From an uncultured candidate division Zixibacteria bacterium (GTDB lineage Bacteria > Zixibacteria > MSB-5A5 > GN15 > FEB-12), in contig OY760907.1 of the NCBI GenBank assembly GCA_963664195.1, positions 2,560,001-2,624,000 on the forward strand: DNA of 64,000 nucleotides. The letters are read 5' to 3'. Under the pieces are notes generated by a model. That model ran no database searches. It was not told the origin of the DNA and was given only the letters and a program-made list of their open reading frames with translations. Of the stretch, positions 1 to 12,254 are shown in pieces (position 1 is the first letter of the stretch; each line of letters starts with the position of its first letter). A program made the position numbers and the translations under genes.

Positions 1-571
<571 letters not shown>

Positions 572-629
572 GTGTCGGATAGCAGAAAACATTGCCCCCG
601 GTGGGGTTGTGGGATAAAAGGAGTAATCC

Positions 630-3600
630 GTGGTTGATTTCAACAGAACGCATGGCCAGCAGAAGAAGCCGTCTGATTTTGCAGCCATTCAGATTCAGAT
701 CGCATCGCCGGAAGTAATCCTTTCCTGGTCATTTGGTGAGGTCACCAAGCCGGAAACGATCAACTATCGGTCGTTCAAACCGGAACGCGATGGTCTGTTT
801 TGCGAACGGATCTTCGGTCCGGTGAAGGACTGGGAGTGCAATTGCGGCAAGTATAAGCGCATTCGTTTCCGCGGGATCGTCTGTGACCGCTGTGGTGTGG
901 AAGTCACGCAGTCCAAGGTCCGCCGTGAGCGCATGGGCCATATTGAACTGGCCGTACCGGTTTCGCATATCTGGTATTTCAAGTCTCTGCCGTCAAGGAT
1001 CGGGCATATGCTCGATCTGTCGATCAGGGAACTTGAAAAGATTCTGTACTACGAAGCCTATATTATGATCGATCCGGGCAATTCCTCCTACGAGAGCGGC
1101 GATGTGCTTACCGAGGAGGAGTTTATCGACCTGGAAGAGGCCGGCAAGGAATTCGACGCCCGTATGGGTGCGGCTGCCGTACACGACCTCCTCGCGACTA
1201 TTGACATAGATGAGACGGTGGCCACGCTTCGCGCGCAGGTAAAGGTCGAGACCTCTGTACAGCGCAAGAAGGACACGCTCAAACGACTTCGGATTTTTGA
1301 ATCCTTCCGCCAGTCCCAGAACCGTCCGGAGTGGATGATCATGAAGGTTGTTCCGGTTATCCCGCCGGATCTTCGCCCGTTGGTGCCGCTCGAAGGCGGT
1401 CGTTTTGCGACCTCCGATTTGAACGACTTATACCGTCGGGTGATCAACCGTAACAACCGCTTGAAAAAGCTGATTGACATCCAGGCTCCTGAAGTCATCC
1501 TGCGCAATGAAAAGCGTATGCTGCAGGAGGCTGTGGATGCTCTGTTCGATAACGGTCGTCGTACGCATTCTGTGCGTGGTGACTCGAAGCGACCTCTCAA
1601 GTCACTGTCTGACCTGCTGAAGGGCAAGCAGGGCCGTTTCCGTCAGAATCTGCTCGGTAAGCGTGTTGACTATTCGGGCCGTTCGGTTATCGTGGTTGGC
1701 CCGGAGCTCAAACTGCACCAGTGCGGTCTACCGAAGAACATGGCCCTGGAGCTGTTCAAGCCCTTCATTATTATGAAGCTTGAAGAGAAGGGGTATGTCC
1801 AGACAGTCAAGTCCGCCAAGAAACTGGTGGAAAAGGAAAGGCCTGAGGTCTGGGATATTCTCGAGGAGATCATCGAAGACCACCCCGTGATGCTCAACCG
1901 CGCCCCCACGCTGCACCGTCTCGGTATCCAGGCGTTTTACCCGGTGCTGGTCGAGGGCAAGGCGATTCGTCTGCACCCGTTGGTCTGCGCGGCGTTTAAC
2001 GCTGACTTTGACGGTGACCAGATGGCTGTGCATGTGCCTCTGAGTTTTGAGGCTCAGCTTGAGGCTCGCGTGCTGATGCTGGCTACCAACAACATCCTGT
2101 TGCCGTCGTCAGGTCGCCCGATTGCCATTCCGTCGCAGGATATGGTGTTGGGTTGTTACTACCTGACCAAGATATACAAGGGCGGCAAGGGAGAGGGGAT
2201 GATCTTCCACAGCCGGGACGAAGTTCTTCAAGCGTTTGAATACAAACACGTTGACCTTCACTCGCCGATCAAGGTGCGTGAAGGGGGGCAACTGCTGGAG
2301 ACCACCCCCGGCCGGATCATATTCAACAACTCGCTGCCGAAGGAATTGCCGTATTTCAATGCTGTCGCCAAGAAGGGACAGATCGAACAACTGGTGCACT
2401 CGACTTACTGGCTCTGTGGTGCGTCGGAAACGATCAACTTCCTTGACCGTTTGAAATTCATGGGCTTCGAGTACGCTACGCTTGCCGGCGTGACGGTTTC
2501 GATCTCTGATCTTGTGGTTCCGGAAGAGAAAGATCACATGATCGCCGCGGCCGAGAAACAGGTCGAGAAAATTCAGAAGCAGTACGAGCGTGGATACATC
2601 ACGTTCGGTGAACGATACAACCAGGTTATTGACCTTTGGACCCGAACCACAAGTGAGGTGGCCGAGGAGATGTTCAACAACCTGGCTGCTCAGGATCAGG
2701 GTTTCAACCCGATCTTCATGATGGCCGACTCGGGCGCTCGTGGTTCCAAAGAGCAGATTCGTCAGCTCGCCGGTATGCGTGGTCTGATGGCCAAGCCGCA
2801 GAAGAAGATCACGGGTGGTGTTGGTGAAATCATCGAGACACCGGTTACCTCGAACTTCCGCGAGGGACTGACCGTGCAGGAGTACTTCATCTCCACTCAC
2901 GGTGCCCGTAAGGGATTGGCTGACACGGCCTTGAAGACGGCTGATGCCGGCTACCTGACACGTCGACTGGTCGACGTTGCGCAGGACGTAATCGTTCGCG
3001 AGATAGACTGCGGTACGATTATGGGCCTCGATGTTGCCGCCCTTAAGGAGGGTGAGGAAGTTATCGAGTCGCTGTCCGATCGTATCCTCGGTCGTGTGGC
3101 CCTGGAAGATGTCTACGATCCGATAACTGAAGAAATCCTGGTCGAAGCCGGCAAGGAAATCAAAGAAGCCGAGGCTACCGCTATCGAGGAAGCTCGTGTC
3201 GAGAGTGTCCGCATCCGTTCCGTGCTGACATGTGAATCCAAGTTCGGTGTTTGTGCCAAATGCTACGGTCGAAATCTCGGCAACATGCAGATGGTTGACA
3301 TCGGTGAAGCCATCGGCGTTATCGCCGCTCAGTCAATTGGTGAGCCGGGTACTCAGCTCACGCTGCGTACTTTCCACATTGGTGGTACGGCAGCGCGTAT
3401 CGCTGAGCAGTCGGTGGTTGACGCCAAGTACGACGGCACCATTTCACTCCAGAGTGTTACGGCCGTCGAGCGCGAGGGTGAGGCCTCTGTAATCACCAGT
3501 CGCGACGGAGTTGGTGAGGCTCATATCATCGATGCTGACGACCGCGTCCGCGCCCGCTTGAAACTGCCGTATGGTGCCCATTTGATGGTCAAGGACGGCC

Positions 3601-4730
3601 AGAAGGTCAAAAAGGGCGATACTATCTTCGAGTGGGATCCTTACACCGGTACCATCGTCTGTGAGCGCGAGGGCACCATTGAGTTCAAGGATGTCATCAA
3701 GGACCGCACGGTTCGTGAAGAAATCGACGAGCAGACCGGTCTTCGCCAGTTGAAGATCGTGGAACATCGCGACAAAACCCTGTTCCCGACCGTATTGATT
3801 AAGGGGGCCAGTGGCAAGACGGTAGCGAGCTATCGGGTTCCGACTGACGCTCAGCTTCAGGTGGAAGAGGGCAAGGAAGTGAAACCGGGCGACCACCTCG
3901 TTAAGATGCCGCGCATGATTTCCAAATCTCGCGATATTACCGGCGGTTTGCCGCGTGTAGCGGAGCTGTTTGAGGCTCGCCGTCCGCACGATCCGGCGGT
4001 CATCTCCGAGGTGGAGGGCGAAGTCGAATTCGGCAAGATCGTCCGTGGTCAGCAGCAGATCATCGTGACTGACGAGTCCGGTGAGACCTTCGAGTATTTG
4101 ATTCCTCACGGCAAGCATCTTATGGTTCACTCCGGTGACCAGGTGAGTGCTGGAGATCGGCTCTGCGAAGGTTCGGTCGATCCGCACGACATCCTCCGGA
4201 TTCTCGGTGTGTATGAGGTGCAGGCTTACCTGGTAAACGAGATTCAGGAAGTCTATCGTTTGCAGGGTGTGAAGATAAACGACAAGCATATTGAGATCAT
4301 TGTGCGCCAGATGTTGCAGAAAGTCGTGATCGACACACCGGGTGACACGAATTTCCTTGAAGGGGAAAAGGTCGACAAGATCAGGTTCCTCGAAGAGAAC
4401 TCACGGGTAATCGCCGAGGGTGGTGAGGCTGCTACCGCCGAGCCGCTGTTGCTCGGTATCACAAGGGCTTCGCTGTCTACCGAGAGCTTCATTTCGGCGG
4501 CCTCGTTCCAGGAAACCACTCGTGTGCTTACCGAAGCGGCGATTTCCGGCAAGGTCGACGATCTGCTGGGACTGAAGGAAAATGTCATTATTGGACACTT
4601 GATTCCGGCCGGTACGGGCATAGAGATGTACCGCGGTGTCAAGGTTGTTCACGACGAAGAAGAGAAACCAGAAGAGGTCGAAGAAGAGACTGCGCAGTCG
4701 GTGGCTGACATTTTTAAAGAAAATGCCTGA
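630..4730 (+). CDS. rpoC: RNA polymerase beta' subunit
   Basis: [12 protein letters not shown] catalytic motif, N-terminal Zn ribbon, GTG start after AAGGAG. Confidence 0.99.
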   Translation: MVDFNRTHGQQKKPSDFAAIQIQIASPEVILSWSFGEVTKPETINYRSFKPERDGLFCERIFGPVKDWECNCGKYKRIRFRGIVCDRCGVEVTQSKVRRERMGHIELAVPVSHIWYFKSLPSRIGHMLDLSIRELEKILYYEAYIMIDPGNSSYESGDVLTEEEFIDLEEAGKEFDARMGAAAVHDLLATIDIDETVATLRAQVKVETSVQRKKDTLKRLRIFESFRQSQNRPEWMIMKVVPVIPPDLRPLVPLEGGRFATSDLNDLYRRVINRNNRLKKLIDIQAPEVILRNEKRMLQEAVDALFDNGRRTHSVRGDSKRPLKSLSDLLKGKQGRFRQNLLGKRVDYSGRSVIVVGPELKLHQCGLPKNMALELFKPFIIMKLEEKGYVQTVKSAKKLVEKERPEVWDILEEIIEDHPVMLNRAPTLHRLGIQAFYPVLVEGKAIRLHPLVCAAFNADFDGDQMAVHVPLSFEAQLEARVLMLATNNILLPSSGRPIAIPSQDMVLGCYYLTKIYKGGKGEGMIFHSRDEVLQAFEYKHVDLHSPIKVREGGQLLETTPGRIIFNNSLPKELPYFNAVAKKGQIEQLVHSTYWLCGASETINFLDRLKFMGFEYATLAGVTVSISDLVVPEEKDHMIAAAEKQVEKIQKQYERGYITFGERYNQVIDLWTRTTSEVAEEMFNNLAAQDQGFNPIFMMADSGARGSKEQIRQLAGMRGLMAKPQKKITGGVGEIIETPVTSNFREGLTVQEYFISTHGARKGLADTALKTADAGYLTRRLVDVAQDVIVREIDCGTIMGLDVAALKEGEEVIESLSDRILGRVALEDVYDPITEEILVEAGKEIKEAEATAIEEARVESVRIRSVLTCESKFGVCAKCYGRNLGNMQMVDIGEAIGVIAAQSIGEPGTQLTLRTFHIGGTAARIAEQSVVDAKYDGTISLQSVTAVEREGEASVITSRDGVGEAHIIDADDRVRARLKLPYGAHLMVKDGQKVKKGDTIFEWDPYTGTIVCEREGTIEFKDVIKDRTVREEIDEQTGLRQLKIVEHRDKTLFPTVLIKGASGKTVASYRVPTDAQLQVEEGKEVKPGDHLVKMPRMISKSRDITGGLPRVAELFEARRPHDPAVISEVEGEVEFGKIVRGQQQIIVTDESGETFEYLIPHGKHLMVHSGDQVSAGDRLCEGSVDPHDILRILGVYEVQAYLVNEIQEVYRLQGVKINDKHIEIIVRQMLQKVVIDTPGDTNFLEGEKVDKIRFLEENSRVIAEGGEAATAEPLLLGITRASLSTESFISAASFQETTRVLTEAAISGKVDDLLGLKENVIIGHLIPAGTGIEMYRGVKVVHDEEEKPEEVEEETAQSVADIFKENA

Positions 4731-4736
4731 AAGGCC

Positions 4737-4764
4737 TTGACAAAGTGAACGCTTTGGATAAATT
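4737..4764 (+). promoter_or_regulatory. Putative sigma70 promoter of the str operon
   Basis: TTGACA (4737-4742), 16 nt spacer, TAAATT (4759-4764) upstream of rpsL. Confidence 0.6.
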
Positions 4765-4820
4765 GCGGGTCTGTTTTTTGATTCGATTTGCAATAGTTTG
4801 CTAGAGATTTAGGAGCGATT

Positions 4821-5195
4821 TTGCCGACCATAAATCAGCTTATTCGTAAGGGACGAAAGAGGATCGTCGAGAAGACCAAGGCTCCGGCTATGACCAAGTG
4901 CCCGCAGAAGCGCGGCGTTTGCACCAGAGTCTACACCTCGACACCGAAGAAGCCAAATTCGGCTCTTCGGAAGGTCGCCCGTGTTCGCCTGACCAATCAG
5001 ATTGAGGTCACGGCTTATATTCCGGGTGAAGGTCACAACCTTCAGGAGCACTCAATTGTCCTGATCAGGGGCGGTCGTATTAAAGATCTCCCGGGTGTCC
5101 GGTATCATATTATCCGTGGAACCATGGATACCGCCGGTGTCACCGAACGTAAGCAAAGCCGCTCCAAGTACGGGGCCAAGAGACCCAAGAAGTAG
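4821..5195 (+). CDS. rpsL: 30S ribosomal protein S12
   Basis: [28 protein letters not shown] start after AGGAG. Confidence 0.99.
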   Translation: MPTINQLIRKGRKRIVEKTKAPAMTKCPQKRGVCTRVYTSTPKKPNSALRKVARVRLTNQIEVTAYIPGEGHNLQEHSIVLIRGGRIKDLPGVRYHIIRGTMDTAGVTERKQSRSKYGAKRPKK

Positions 5196-5211
5196 GCGGT
5201 AAGGGAAGAAG

Positions 5212-5682
5212 ATGTCCAGAAGAACGAAAGCAGAGAAGCGTGAACAGCGCGTCGACTTCAAGTTCAAAGACAGAATGGTTGCCCAGTTTGTCTCATGTCT
5301 CTTGAAGGGTGGCAAGCGCTCCACCGCCGAGAACGTATTTTACAGCGCCCTTGGCAAGCTCGAGGACAAATCCGGGTCGGAAGGCCTGGAAGTTTTCCAC
5401 AAGGCGATGAACAACGTCAAGCCGGTGCTTGAGGTTCGGTCCCGCCGTGTTGGTGGTGCTACCTATCAGGTCCCTGTGGAAGTCCGTGCGAATCGCCGGA
5501 CGGCGTTGGCTATCCGCTGGCTTATAAACTATTCGAAAGGTCGTGGAGAGAAATCCATGTCGGATAGGCTGGCGGCTGAGTTCTTGGCGGCTTCGAACAA
5601 CGAAGGCGCTTCGATTAAGAAAAAAGAAGATACACATAAGATGGCCGAGGCCAACAAGGCCTTTGCGCATTTCAGGTGGTAG
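5212..5682 (+). CDS. rpsG: 30S ribosomal protein S7
   Basis: RRVGGATYQVPVEV, MAEANKAFAHFRW. Confidence 0.99.
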   Translation: MSRRTKAEKREQRVDFKFKDRMVAQFVSCLLKGGKRSTAENVFYSALGKLEDKSGSEGLEVFHKAMNNVKPVLEVRSRRVGGATYQVPVEVRANRRTALAIRWLINYSKGRGEKSMSDRLAAEFLAASNNEGASIKKKEDTHKMAEANKAFAHFRW

Positions 5683-5894
5683 TGCGCTGCTCTTTTAGGG
5701 CAGCCTGAACATAGGCGTCTGCAGGCTGGGCCTGCAGAAACAAGAGGGTTTTCTATTGAACACCCGCGAAATGTGACGCCGACGGTTTGGCATTCAAGGT
5801 TATTCCTACCCTGCTGATTGGAAAAACCATAAGTGTCACTGTTGGCAGTTATTGGTAATTGTAGCTTTTTGTAAGGATCAGTCAGGGATTTTTT

Positions 5895-7976
5895 ATGTCC
5901 GCTCAGGCGACATTGGACAAAGTCAGAAACATCGGGATCATGGCCCACATAGATGCGGGCAAGACCACGACGACTGAGCGTATTCTGTTCTATACAGGGG
6001 CTACTCACCGTATCGGCGAAGTCGATGACGGTGCTGCGACCATGGACTGGATGGAACAGGAAAAAGAGCGCGGCATAACTATTACCTCGGCTGCTACTAC
6101 CACTTTCTGGCGTGATCATACAATCAATATCATCGACACTCCCGGCCACGTGGACTTCACCGTTGAAGTAGAGCGTTCACTTCGCGTTCTCGACGGCGCC
6201 GTGGCGCTGTTCTGTGCCGTGGGGGGGGTCGAGCCGCAGTCCGAGACCGTCTGGCGTCAAGCTGACAAGTACCTGGTCCCCAGGGTCGCTTATATAAACA
6301 AGATGGATCGCACCGGGGCCTCCTTCGCCAATGCCCTGCAGATGATGAATGACCGATTTGCCACGAACTGTGTGGCAATTGCGATTCCGGCCGGCGAGGG
6401 CGAGATGTTTGCCGGTATCGTCGATTTGATGACTATGAAATTCCGGGTCTTCCACGAGGACTCGCAGGGTGTCACTTTTGATGACCTTCCAGTGCCGGAA
6501 GACATGATCGATTCGGCCAATGAATATCGCGAGCGCTTGCTCGAAGCGGTAGCCGATATAGACGACAAGCTTCTCGAACAGTTTCTGCACGACGAGCCGC
6601 TCGACCCCGAGAGGGTTATGACGGCAGTGCGACAGGCTACTATAGAGCTGAAGATGGTGCCCGTGCTTTGCGGCTCCTCATTCAAGAATAAAGGCATTCA
6701 GAAGCTTCTCGACGCCATCGTTGACTTCCTGCCGTCACCGCTGGATATGCCCGCGGTCAAGGGACATGATGTCAAGAACCCGGAAAAGGAAATCATCCGC
6801 AAGCCTTCGATTGATGAGCCGACATCGGCACTGGCGTTCAAGATCGTAACCGATCCTTACGTTGGTCGTTTGACCTATATGCGTGTCTATTCGGGCAAGG
6901 TAGAGGCGGGGTCGTACTTGCAGAACACTACTTCTGGTGTCAAAGAGAGAGTCGCCAGGATTCTACGGATGCACTCTAACAAGCGTGAAGACATCAAGAC
7001 TGCCTATGCCGGTGATATCGTGGCGGCGATCGGATTCCGCAAAACAACTACCGGTGACACTTTGTGCGATGCAAAGAAACCGGTTGTTCTCGAGCGCATG
7101 TCATTCCCCGAACCGGTCGTGATGGTTTCTATCGAGCCGAAAACTCAGGCGGACCAGGACAAACTGAGCGAGGCGCTGATCAAACTGGCCGAAGAGGATC
7201 CGACGTTCACCGTGAAGCAAAACGAAGACACCGGGCAGACGATCATTGCGGGAATGGGTGAGCTCCATCTGGAAATTCTTGCCGATCGCCTGGTGAGAGA
7301 GTTTGGCGTGCATGCGTCAGTCGGACGGCCCTCGGTTTCTTACAAGGAAGCCATCACTCGCGAAGTCGAGTGTGAAGGCCGATTTGTCCGCCAGACCGGC
7401 GGCAAGGGACAATATGGACACGTCAAACTTCGTCTCATGCCGACCGAAGATGGATCTAATTTCCAATTTGAAAACAAAACTATTGGCGGAGTCATTCCGC
7501 GTGAGTATATATCGTCCGTCGAGAAGGGCGTGAAAGAGGCTATGGGGAACGGCGTACTCGCCGGTTATCCCATGACCGGAGTTCGTTGCGAACTTTTTGA
7601 TGGCAGCTACCACGAAGTGGACTCCAATGAATTGGCTTTCAAAGTCGCCGGGTCCATGGCGTTCCAGCAGGGTGCCAGGCGAGCCGAGCCGGTCTTGCTT
7701 GAGCCGATGATGAATGTTGAAGTGGTGGTGCCTGATGCGTATGTTGGGGCTGTCGTCGGTGATCTGAATTCACGGCGCGGCAAAATTGGTGGCATGGTTC
7801 CCCGCGATGACGTGACTATTATCGCCGTCAGGGTGCCGTTATCGGAAATGTTCGGGTATGCCAACACTCTGCGAAATATCTCGCAGGGCAGGGCAGTGTT
7901 CTCGATGGAGTTCACCCGGTATGAGAAGATTCCGACGGACGTGTCATATAAAATGTTAAATAAGACTACTGTATAA
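5895..7976 (+). CDS. fusA: Elongation factor G
   Basis: [27 protein letters not shown]; str operon position. Confidence 0.99.
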   Translation: MSAQATLDKVRNIGIMAHIDAGKTTTTERILFYTGATHRIGEVDDGAATMDWMEQEKERGITITSAATTTFWRDHTINIIDTPGHVDFTVEVERSLRVLDGAVALFCAVGGVEPQSETVWRQADKYLVPRVAYINKMDRTGASFANALQMMNDRFATNCVAIAIPAGEGEMFAGIVDLMTMKFRVFHEDSQGVTFDDLPVPEDMIDSANEYRERLLEAVADIDDKLLEQFLHDEPLDPERVMTAVRQATIELKMVPVLCGSSFKNKGIQKLLDAIVDFLPSPLDMPAVKGHDVKNPEKEIIRKPSIDEPTSALAFKIVTDPYVGRLTYMRVYSGKVEAGSYLQNTTSGVKERVARILRMHSNKREDIKTAYAGDIVAAIGFRKTTTGDTLCDAKKPVVLERMSFPEPVVMVSIEPKTQADQDKLSEALIKLAEEDPTFTVKQNEDTGQTIIAGMGELHLEILADRLVREFGVHASVGRPSVSYKEAITREVECEGRFVRQTGGKGQYGHVKLRLMPTEDGSNFQFENKTIGGVIPREYISSVEKGVKEAMGNGVLAGYPMTGVRCELFDGSYHEVDSNELAFKVAGSMAFQQGARRAEPVLLEPMMNVEVVVPDAYVGAVVGDLNSRRGKIGGMVPRDDVTIIAVRVPLSEMFGYANTLRNISQGRAVFSMEFTRYEKIPTDVSYKMLNKTTV

Positions 7977-7995
7977 AGCTGGAGGATCCGGACAG

Positions 7996-9201
7996 ATGGC
8001 GAAGGAGAAATTTGATCGCAGTAAGCCTCATGTAAATGTAGGCACTATCGGTCACGTTGATCATGGTAAGACGACGTTGACAGCGGCGATTACGATGGCA
8101 ATGGCGCAGAAGTTTTCGACGGAGATCCGTTCGTTTGACTCTATTGACAACGCGCCTGAAGAGCGAGAGCGCGGTATAACGATCGCTACGGCTCATGTGG
8201 AGTATCAGACGGAGCACCGTCACTACGCGCACGTAGACTGTCCGGGTCACGCGGATTACGTCAAGAACATGATCACGGGTGCCGCCCAGATGGACGGTGC
8301 GATTCTGGTGGTATCGGCCGCCGACGGTCCTATGCCTCAGACACGTGAGCACATTCTTCTGGCTCGCCAGGTAGGTGTTCCGTATATCATCGTGTACATG
8401 AATAAGGTTGATATGGTGGATGATCCGGAGTTGTTGGATCTGGTAGAGCTTGAGGTACGTGATCTGTTGAGCACGTATCAGTTCCCGGGCGATGACATTC
8501 CGGTGATTCGCGGATCGGCTCTTCAGGCCCTGACGGCCGGTACTTCAGGTGCTCCGATCGACGATCCAGCGTTCAAGTCGATTCACGAGTTGATGGATGC
8601 TTGTGACACGTACATACCTGAGCCGAAGCGTGAGACGGACAAGCCGTTTTTGATGCCTGTAGAGGATGTATTCTCGATCACGGGTCGAGGCACAGTGGCC
8701 ACGGGTCGTGTAGAGCGTGGTGTCATCAAGCAGGGTGAAGAGGTTGAGATCGTTGGTATCCGTGAGACCCGCAAGACGGTGGTTACGGGTGTAGAGATGT
8801 TCCGTAAGCTTCTTGATCAGGCTGAAGCGGGTGACAACGTCGGATTGTTGCTTCGGGGAGTAGATAAGGACTCGATCGAGCGCGGCATGGTGTTGGTGAA
8901 AAAGGGTTCGGTTCTTCCTCACACGAAGTTCAAGGCCGAGGTTTACGTGTTGACGAAGGAAGAGGGTGGTCGTCACACTCCGTTCTTCACGGGTTACCGT
9001 CCTCAGTTCTATTTCCGTACGACGGACGTGACGGGTGTTGCGACGTTGCCGGAAGGAGTCGAGATGGTGATGCCCGGTGATAACATAACGATGGACATAG
9101 AGCTGATCACGCCGATCGCGATGGAGCAGGAGCTTCGATTCGCGATTCGTGAGGGTGGCCGTACAATCGGCGCCGGCGTCATCGCTGAAATAAAAGAATA
9201 G
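7996..9201 (+). CDS. tuf: Elongation factor Tu
   Basis: [30 protein letters not shown]. Confidence 0.99.
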   Translation: MAKEKFDRSKPHVNVGTIGHVDHGKTTLTAAITMAMAQKFSTEIRSFDSIDNAPEERERGITIATAHVEYQTEHRHYAHVDCPGHADYVKNMITGAAQMDGAILVVSAADGPMPQTREHILLARQVGVPYIIVYMNKVDMVDDPELLDLVELEVRDLLSTYQFPGDDIPVIRGSALQALTAGTSGAPIDDPAFKSIHELMDACDTYIPEPKRETDKPFLMPVEDVFSITGRGTVATGRVERGVIKQGEEVEIVGIRETRKTVVTGVEMFRKLLDQAEAGDNVGLLLRGVDKDSIERGMVLVKKGSVLPHTKFKAEVYVLTKEEGGRHTPFFTGYRPQFYFRTTDVTGVATLPEGVEMVMPGDNITMDIELITPIAMEQELRFAIREGGRTIGAGVIAEIKE

Positions 9202-9218
9202 GTACACGGTAGGCTGTT

Positions 9219-9527
9219 ATGGATGTTCAGAAAATAAGAATACGGCTGAAGGCGTACGATCACTATTCCCTTGATCGGTCGACCAAGGAAATTGCTAATA
9301 CCGTACTGCGAACCGGTGCCAAGATCGTTGGCCCGGTACCGTTGCCGACCAAACGCACCGTGTACACGGTTTTGCGCTCGCCTCACGTTGATAAGAAGTC
9401 GCGTGAGCAGTTTGAAACCCGTGTCCACAAACGCTTGATTGACATTTACAATTCGACTCCGCAGACGGTTGACGCCCTGATGAAGCTGGACCTGCCGGCC
9501 GGCGTTGACGTGGAAATCAAGACCTGA
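9219..9527 (+). CDS. rpsJ: 30S ribosomal protein S10
   Basis: [23 protein letters not shown]. Confidence 0.99.
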   Translation: MDVQKIRIRLKAYDHYSLDRSTKEIANTVLRTGAKIVGPVPLPTKRTVYTVLRSPHVDKKSREQFETRVHKRLIDIYNSTPQTVDALMKLDLPAGVDVEIKT

Positions 9528-9539
9528 TAGGTTAAGAAT

Positions 9540-10169
9540 ATGAAAGAGATTCTTGGCAGAAAACTGGGCATGACCCGCATCTTCGCAGATAGCGGTGAGG
9601 CCGTCCCCTGTACGGTTATCGAGGCTGGGCCCTGTCCGGTGATTGGTAAGCGAACACAGGAGAAGCACGGCTACGAGGCCTACCAGGTAGGCTTCGGTGT
9701 CCGCAAGAAAAACCGGATGAACAGGCCCATGAAGGGGCAGTTCGCGAAAGCCTCGGTCGATCCGACTCAGTTCCTTCGCGAAATCGGTTACGACGAAGCT
9801 GAGCTTGAAATCGGTTCCGAGTTGAAAGTCGGAATCTTCAAGACAGGCGAACGAGTCGACGTTACCGGCACCTCCCGTGGTTTGGGTTTCGCCGGTGGTA
9901 TGAAGCGTCACCATTTCAGTGGAGCGAACCAGACCCACGGTCAGTCCGATCGGTCGCGCGCTCCGGGTTCTATCGGACAGTCATCGTATCCCTCGCGTGT
10001 ATTCAAGGGACAGCGCATGGCTGGCCGCATGGGCAAAGATCGGGTTACGACGTTGAACCTGGTGATAGTGAAGGTTATCGAGGAAGAGAACTTGATGTTG
10101 GTGAAGGGCCCGGTGCCCGGACACAAAGGTGCTCTTCTGAAGATTCGCAAATCCAACCGCAGGCGTTAG
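9540..10169 (+). CDS. rplC: 50S ribosomal protein L3
   Basis: GRKLGMT, PSRVFKGQRMAGRMG. Confidence 0.99.
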   Translation: MKEILGRKLGMTRIFADSGEAVPCTVIEAGPCPVIGKRTQEKHGYEAYQVGFGVRKKNRMNRPMKGQFAKASVDPTQFLREIGYDEAELEIGSELKVGIFKTGERVDVTGTSRGLGFAGGMKRHHFSGANQTHGQSDRSRAPGSIGQSSYPSRVFKGQRMAGRMGKDRVTTLNLVIVKVIEEENLMLVKGPVPGHKGALLKIRKSNRRR

Positions 10170-10181
10170 TGGGTAGTGATC

Positions 10182-10805
10182 ATGACGGTTAAAGTATACA
10201 ACCATGAGGGTGCCGAAGTCGGGACTGTCGATCTGAAGTCCGAAGTGTTCGGTATCGAGCCGAACGAGGCTGTGGTGCACCAGTACGTGGTGAATTATCT
10301 GGCCCGCCAGAGGCAGGGAAACGCAGATACCAGGACCCGCAGAGATGTCCGGGGCGGCGGCCGTAAGCCGTGGCGCCAGAAGGGCACCGGTCGGGCTCGT
10401 TCCGGCACTAGCCGGTCTCCGGTCTGGAAGGGCGGCGGTACCGTTTTTGGTCCGCACCCGAGGGACTACGGTTCGCGTTTTCCTAAGAAGATGAAACGGC
10501 TTGCAATGCAGTCGGTGTTCTCTGACAAGGCCAAAGACGAGAAGATTAAGGTCGTGGACAAGGCGGAGTTTGCCGAAATCAAGACCCGGCAGGTGGTCAC
10601 TATGCTGACCAAGCTGGATCTTCAGGGCAAGAAATGTCTGGTCTTGGACGAGGGTAGAAACGACAATCTGTCGCTTTCCTGTCGCAACATCGAGGGTGTG
10701 AAGTACCGCCGGGCCGCGCTGGCCAACGGTTACGAGGTTCTCGATGCGGACTATGTCCTGTTCACCAAAGCGGGCCTGGAAAAGATCGAGGAGGTATTCT
10801 CATGA
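10182..10805 (+). CDS. rplD: 50S ribosomal protein L4 (alternative GTG start at 10176)
   Basis: GGGRKPWRQKGTGRAR loop. Confidence 0.98.
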   Translation: MTVKVYNHEGAEVGTVDLKSEVFGIEPNEAVVHQYVVNYLARQRQGNADTRTRRDVRGGGRKPWRQKGTGRARSGTSRSPVWKGGGTVFGPHPRDYGSRFPKKMKRLAMQSVFSDKAKDEKIKVVDKAEFAEIKTRQVVTMLTKLDLQGKKCLVLDEGRNDNLSLSCRNIEGVKYRRAALANGYEVLDADYVLFTKAGLEKIEEVFS

Positions 10806-11095
10806 ACTTGGACCCTCGTCGGATTATCAAGTCGCACATGGTGACCGAGCGTTCCACGACGCTCAAGGAGACGAACAATGCGTACGTCTTTGAGGTGGAC
10901 AAGAGAGCAAACAAGTACGTGATTAAGGCGGCGGTCGAAAAGACGTTCAACGTCAAAGTGGCTTCCGTGAGAACGATGATCATGCCGGGCAAACTGAAAC
11001 GAATGGGCCGGTTCGCCGGCAAGACTTCCACGTGGAAGAAGGCCATCGTTCAGTTGAAGGATAATCAGAACATTAGCATGTTTGAGAACATGTAA
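10802..11095 (+). CDS. rplW: 50S ribosomal protein L23
   Basis: IKAAVEKTFNVKV, WKKAIVQL; ATGA overlap with rplD. Confidence 0.98.
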   Translation: MNLDPRRIIKSHMVTERSTTLKETNNAYVFEVDKRANKYVIKAAVEKTFNVKVASVRTMIMPGKLKRMGRFAGKTSTWKKAIVQLKDNQNISMFENM

Positions 11096-11110
11096 GAACG
11101 GTAAGACGAT

Positions 11111-11941
11111 ATGGCTATTAAGAAATTTCGCCCAGTAACGCCCTCGTCGCGATTCCGCACTGTCCCGACGTTTGAAGAGATTACGTCGACCGTGCCGGAA
11201 AAGGCGCTCCTTCGACCGCTGAAAAAATCCGGCGGCCGTAACAACAAGGGTCGTATCACAGCTTATAACCGCGGCGGCGGACACAAACGGTTCTATCGTG
11301 TTATTGACTTCAAGCGCAATAAACACGGTATTCCTGCGCGCGTAGCCTCGATTGAGTACGATCCGAACAGATCCGCTCGTATCGCCCTGCTGCACTACGT
11401 TGATGGTGAAAAGCGGTACATCATTGCCGCTGATGGCGTCAACGTCAATGATATGCTGATGTCAGGTCCCGAGGCGGAGATCCGTGTCGGGAACTCGATG
11501 CCAATCGAGAGGATGCCGCTGGGTTCGATGTTGCATAACATCGAATTGCGCCCCGGCAAGGGAGCACAAATGGTGCGTACCGCCGGTGCCATGGCCCAGC
11601 TCGTAGCCAAAGAAGGTAACAAGGTGACTTTGAAGATGCCGTCGGGCGAAGTAAGAACCGTCCCGTGCATCTGCTACGGCACCCTCGGCCAGGTTGGGAA
11701 CCTTGACCACAAGAACGTTATCTGGGGAAAAGCCGGTGCGTCCCGTTGGCGCGGCTGGCGACCCAACGTTCGTGGTGTGGCCATGAATCCGGTTGACCAC
11801 CCTATGGGCGGCGGTGAAGGCCGTACGTCGGGTGGACGTCACCCTTGTACCCCGTGGGGTAAACCAACGAAAGGGTACAAGACCCGGAGCAAACGTAAGT
11901 CACTTGATCACCTTGTAGAAAGTCGCAAGAAGGCGAAATAG
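11111..11941 (+). CDS. rplB: 50S ribosomal protein L2
   Basis: [29 protein letters not shown]. Confidence 0.99.
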   Translation: MAIKKFRPVTPSSRFRTVPTFEEITSTVPEKALLRPLKKSGGRNNKGRITAYNRGGGHKRFYRVIDFKRNKHGIPARVASIEYDPNRSARIALLHYVDGEKRYIIAADGVNVNDMLMSGPEAEIRVGNSMPIERMPLGSMLHNIELRPGKGAQMVRTAGAMAQLVAKEGNKVTLKMPSGEVRTVPCICYGTLGQVGNLDHKNVIWGKAGASRWRGWRPNVRGVAMNPVDHPMGGGEGRTSGGRHPCTPWGKPTKGYKTRSKRKSLDHLVESRKKAK

Positions 11942-11955
11942 CACGGAGTTAATTT

Positions 11956-12246
11956 ATGCCGAGATCGCTGAAAAAAGGTCCGTATATCGACATTAAGCTG
12001 CAGGCCAAAGTCGATAAGCTGAATAAGAGCGGTGACAAGAAGGTTGTTAAAACCTGGTCACGTCGTTCCACGATCAGCCCTGATTTCGTCGGACACACAT
12101 TTGCCGTCCATAATGGGAATAAGTTTATTCCGATTTACGTGACTGAGAATATGGTGGGGCACAAGCTAGGTGAATTCTCCCCAACTCGGACCTACCGCGG
12201 ACATGGCGGCAAACTGGTCGAACGCACTTCGCAATTGAAAGGGTAG
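11956..12246 (+). CDS. rpsS: 30S ribosomal protein S19 (canonical copy)
   Basis: [29 protein letters not shown]. Confidence 0.99.
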   Translation: MPRSLKKGPYIDIKLQAKVDKLNKSGDKKVVKTWSRRSTISPDFVGHTFAVHNGNKFIPIYVTENMVGHKLGEFSPTRTYRGHGGKLVERTSQLKG

Positions 12247-12254
12247 TGTAAGGT

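Noticed and set aside
3380..3935. Large insertion in the RpoC trigger-loop region
   Set aside because: Corresponds to the known lineage-specific SI3/beta'i6 insertion, not an intein; no intein terminal motifs seen.
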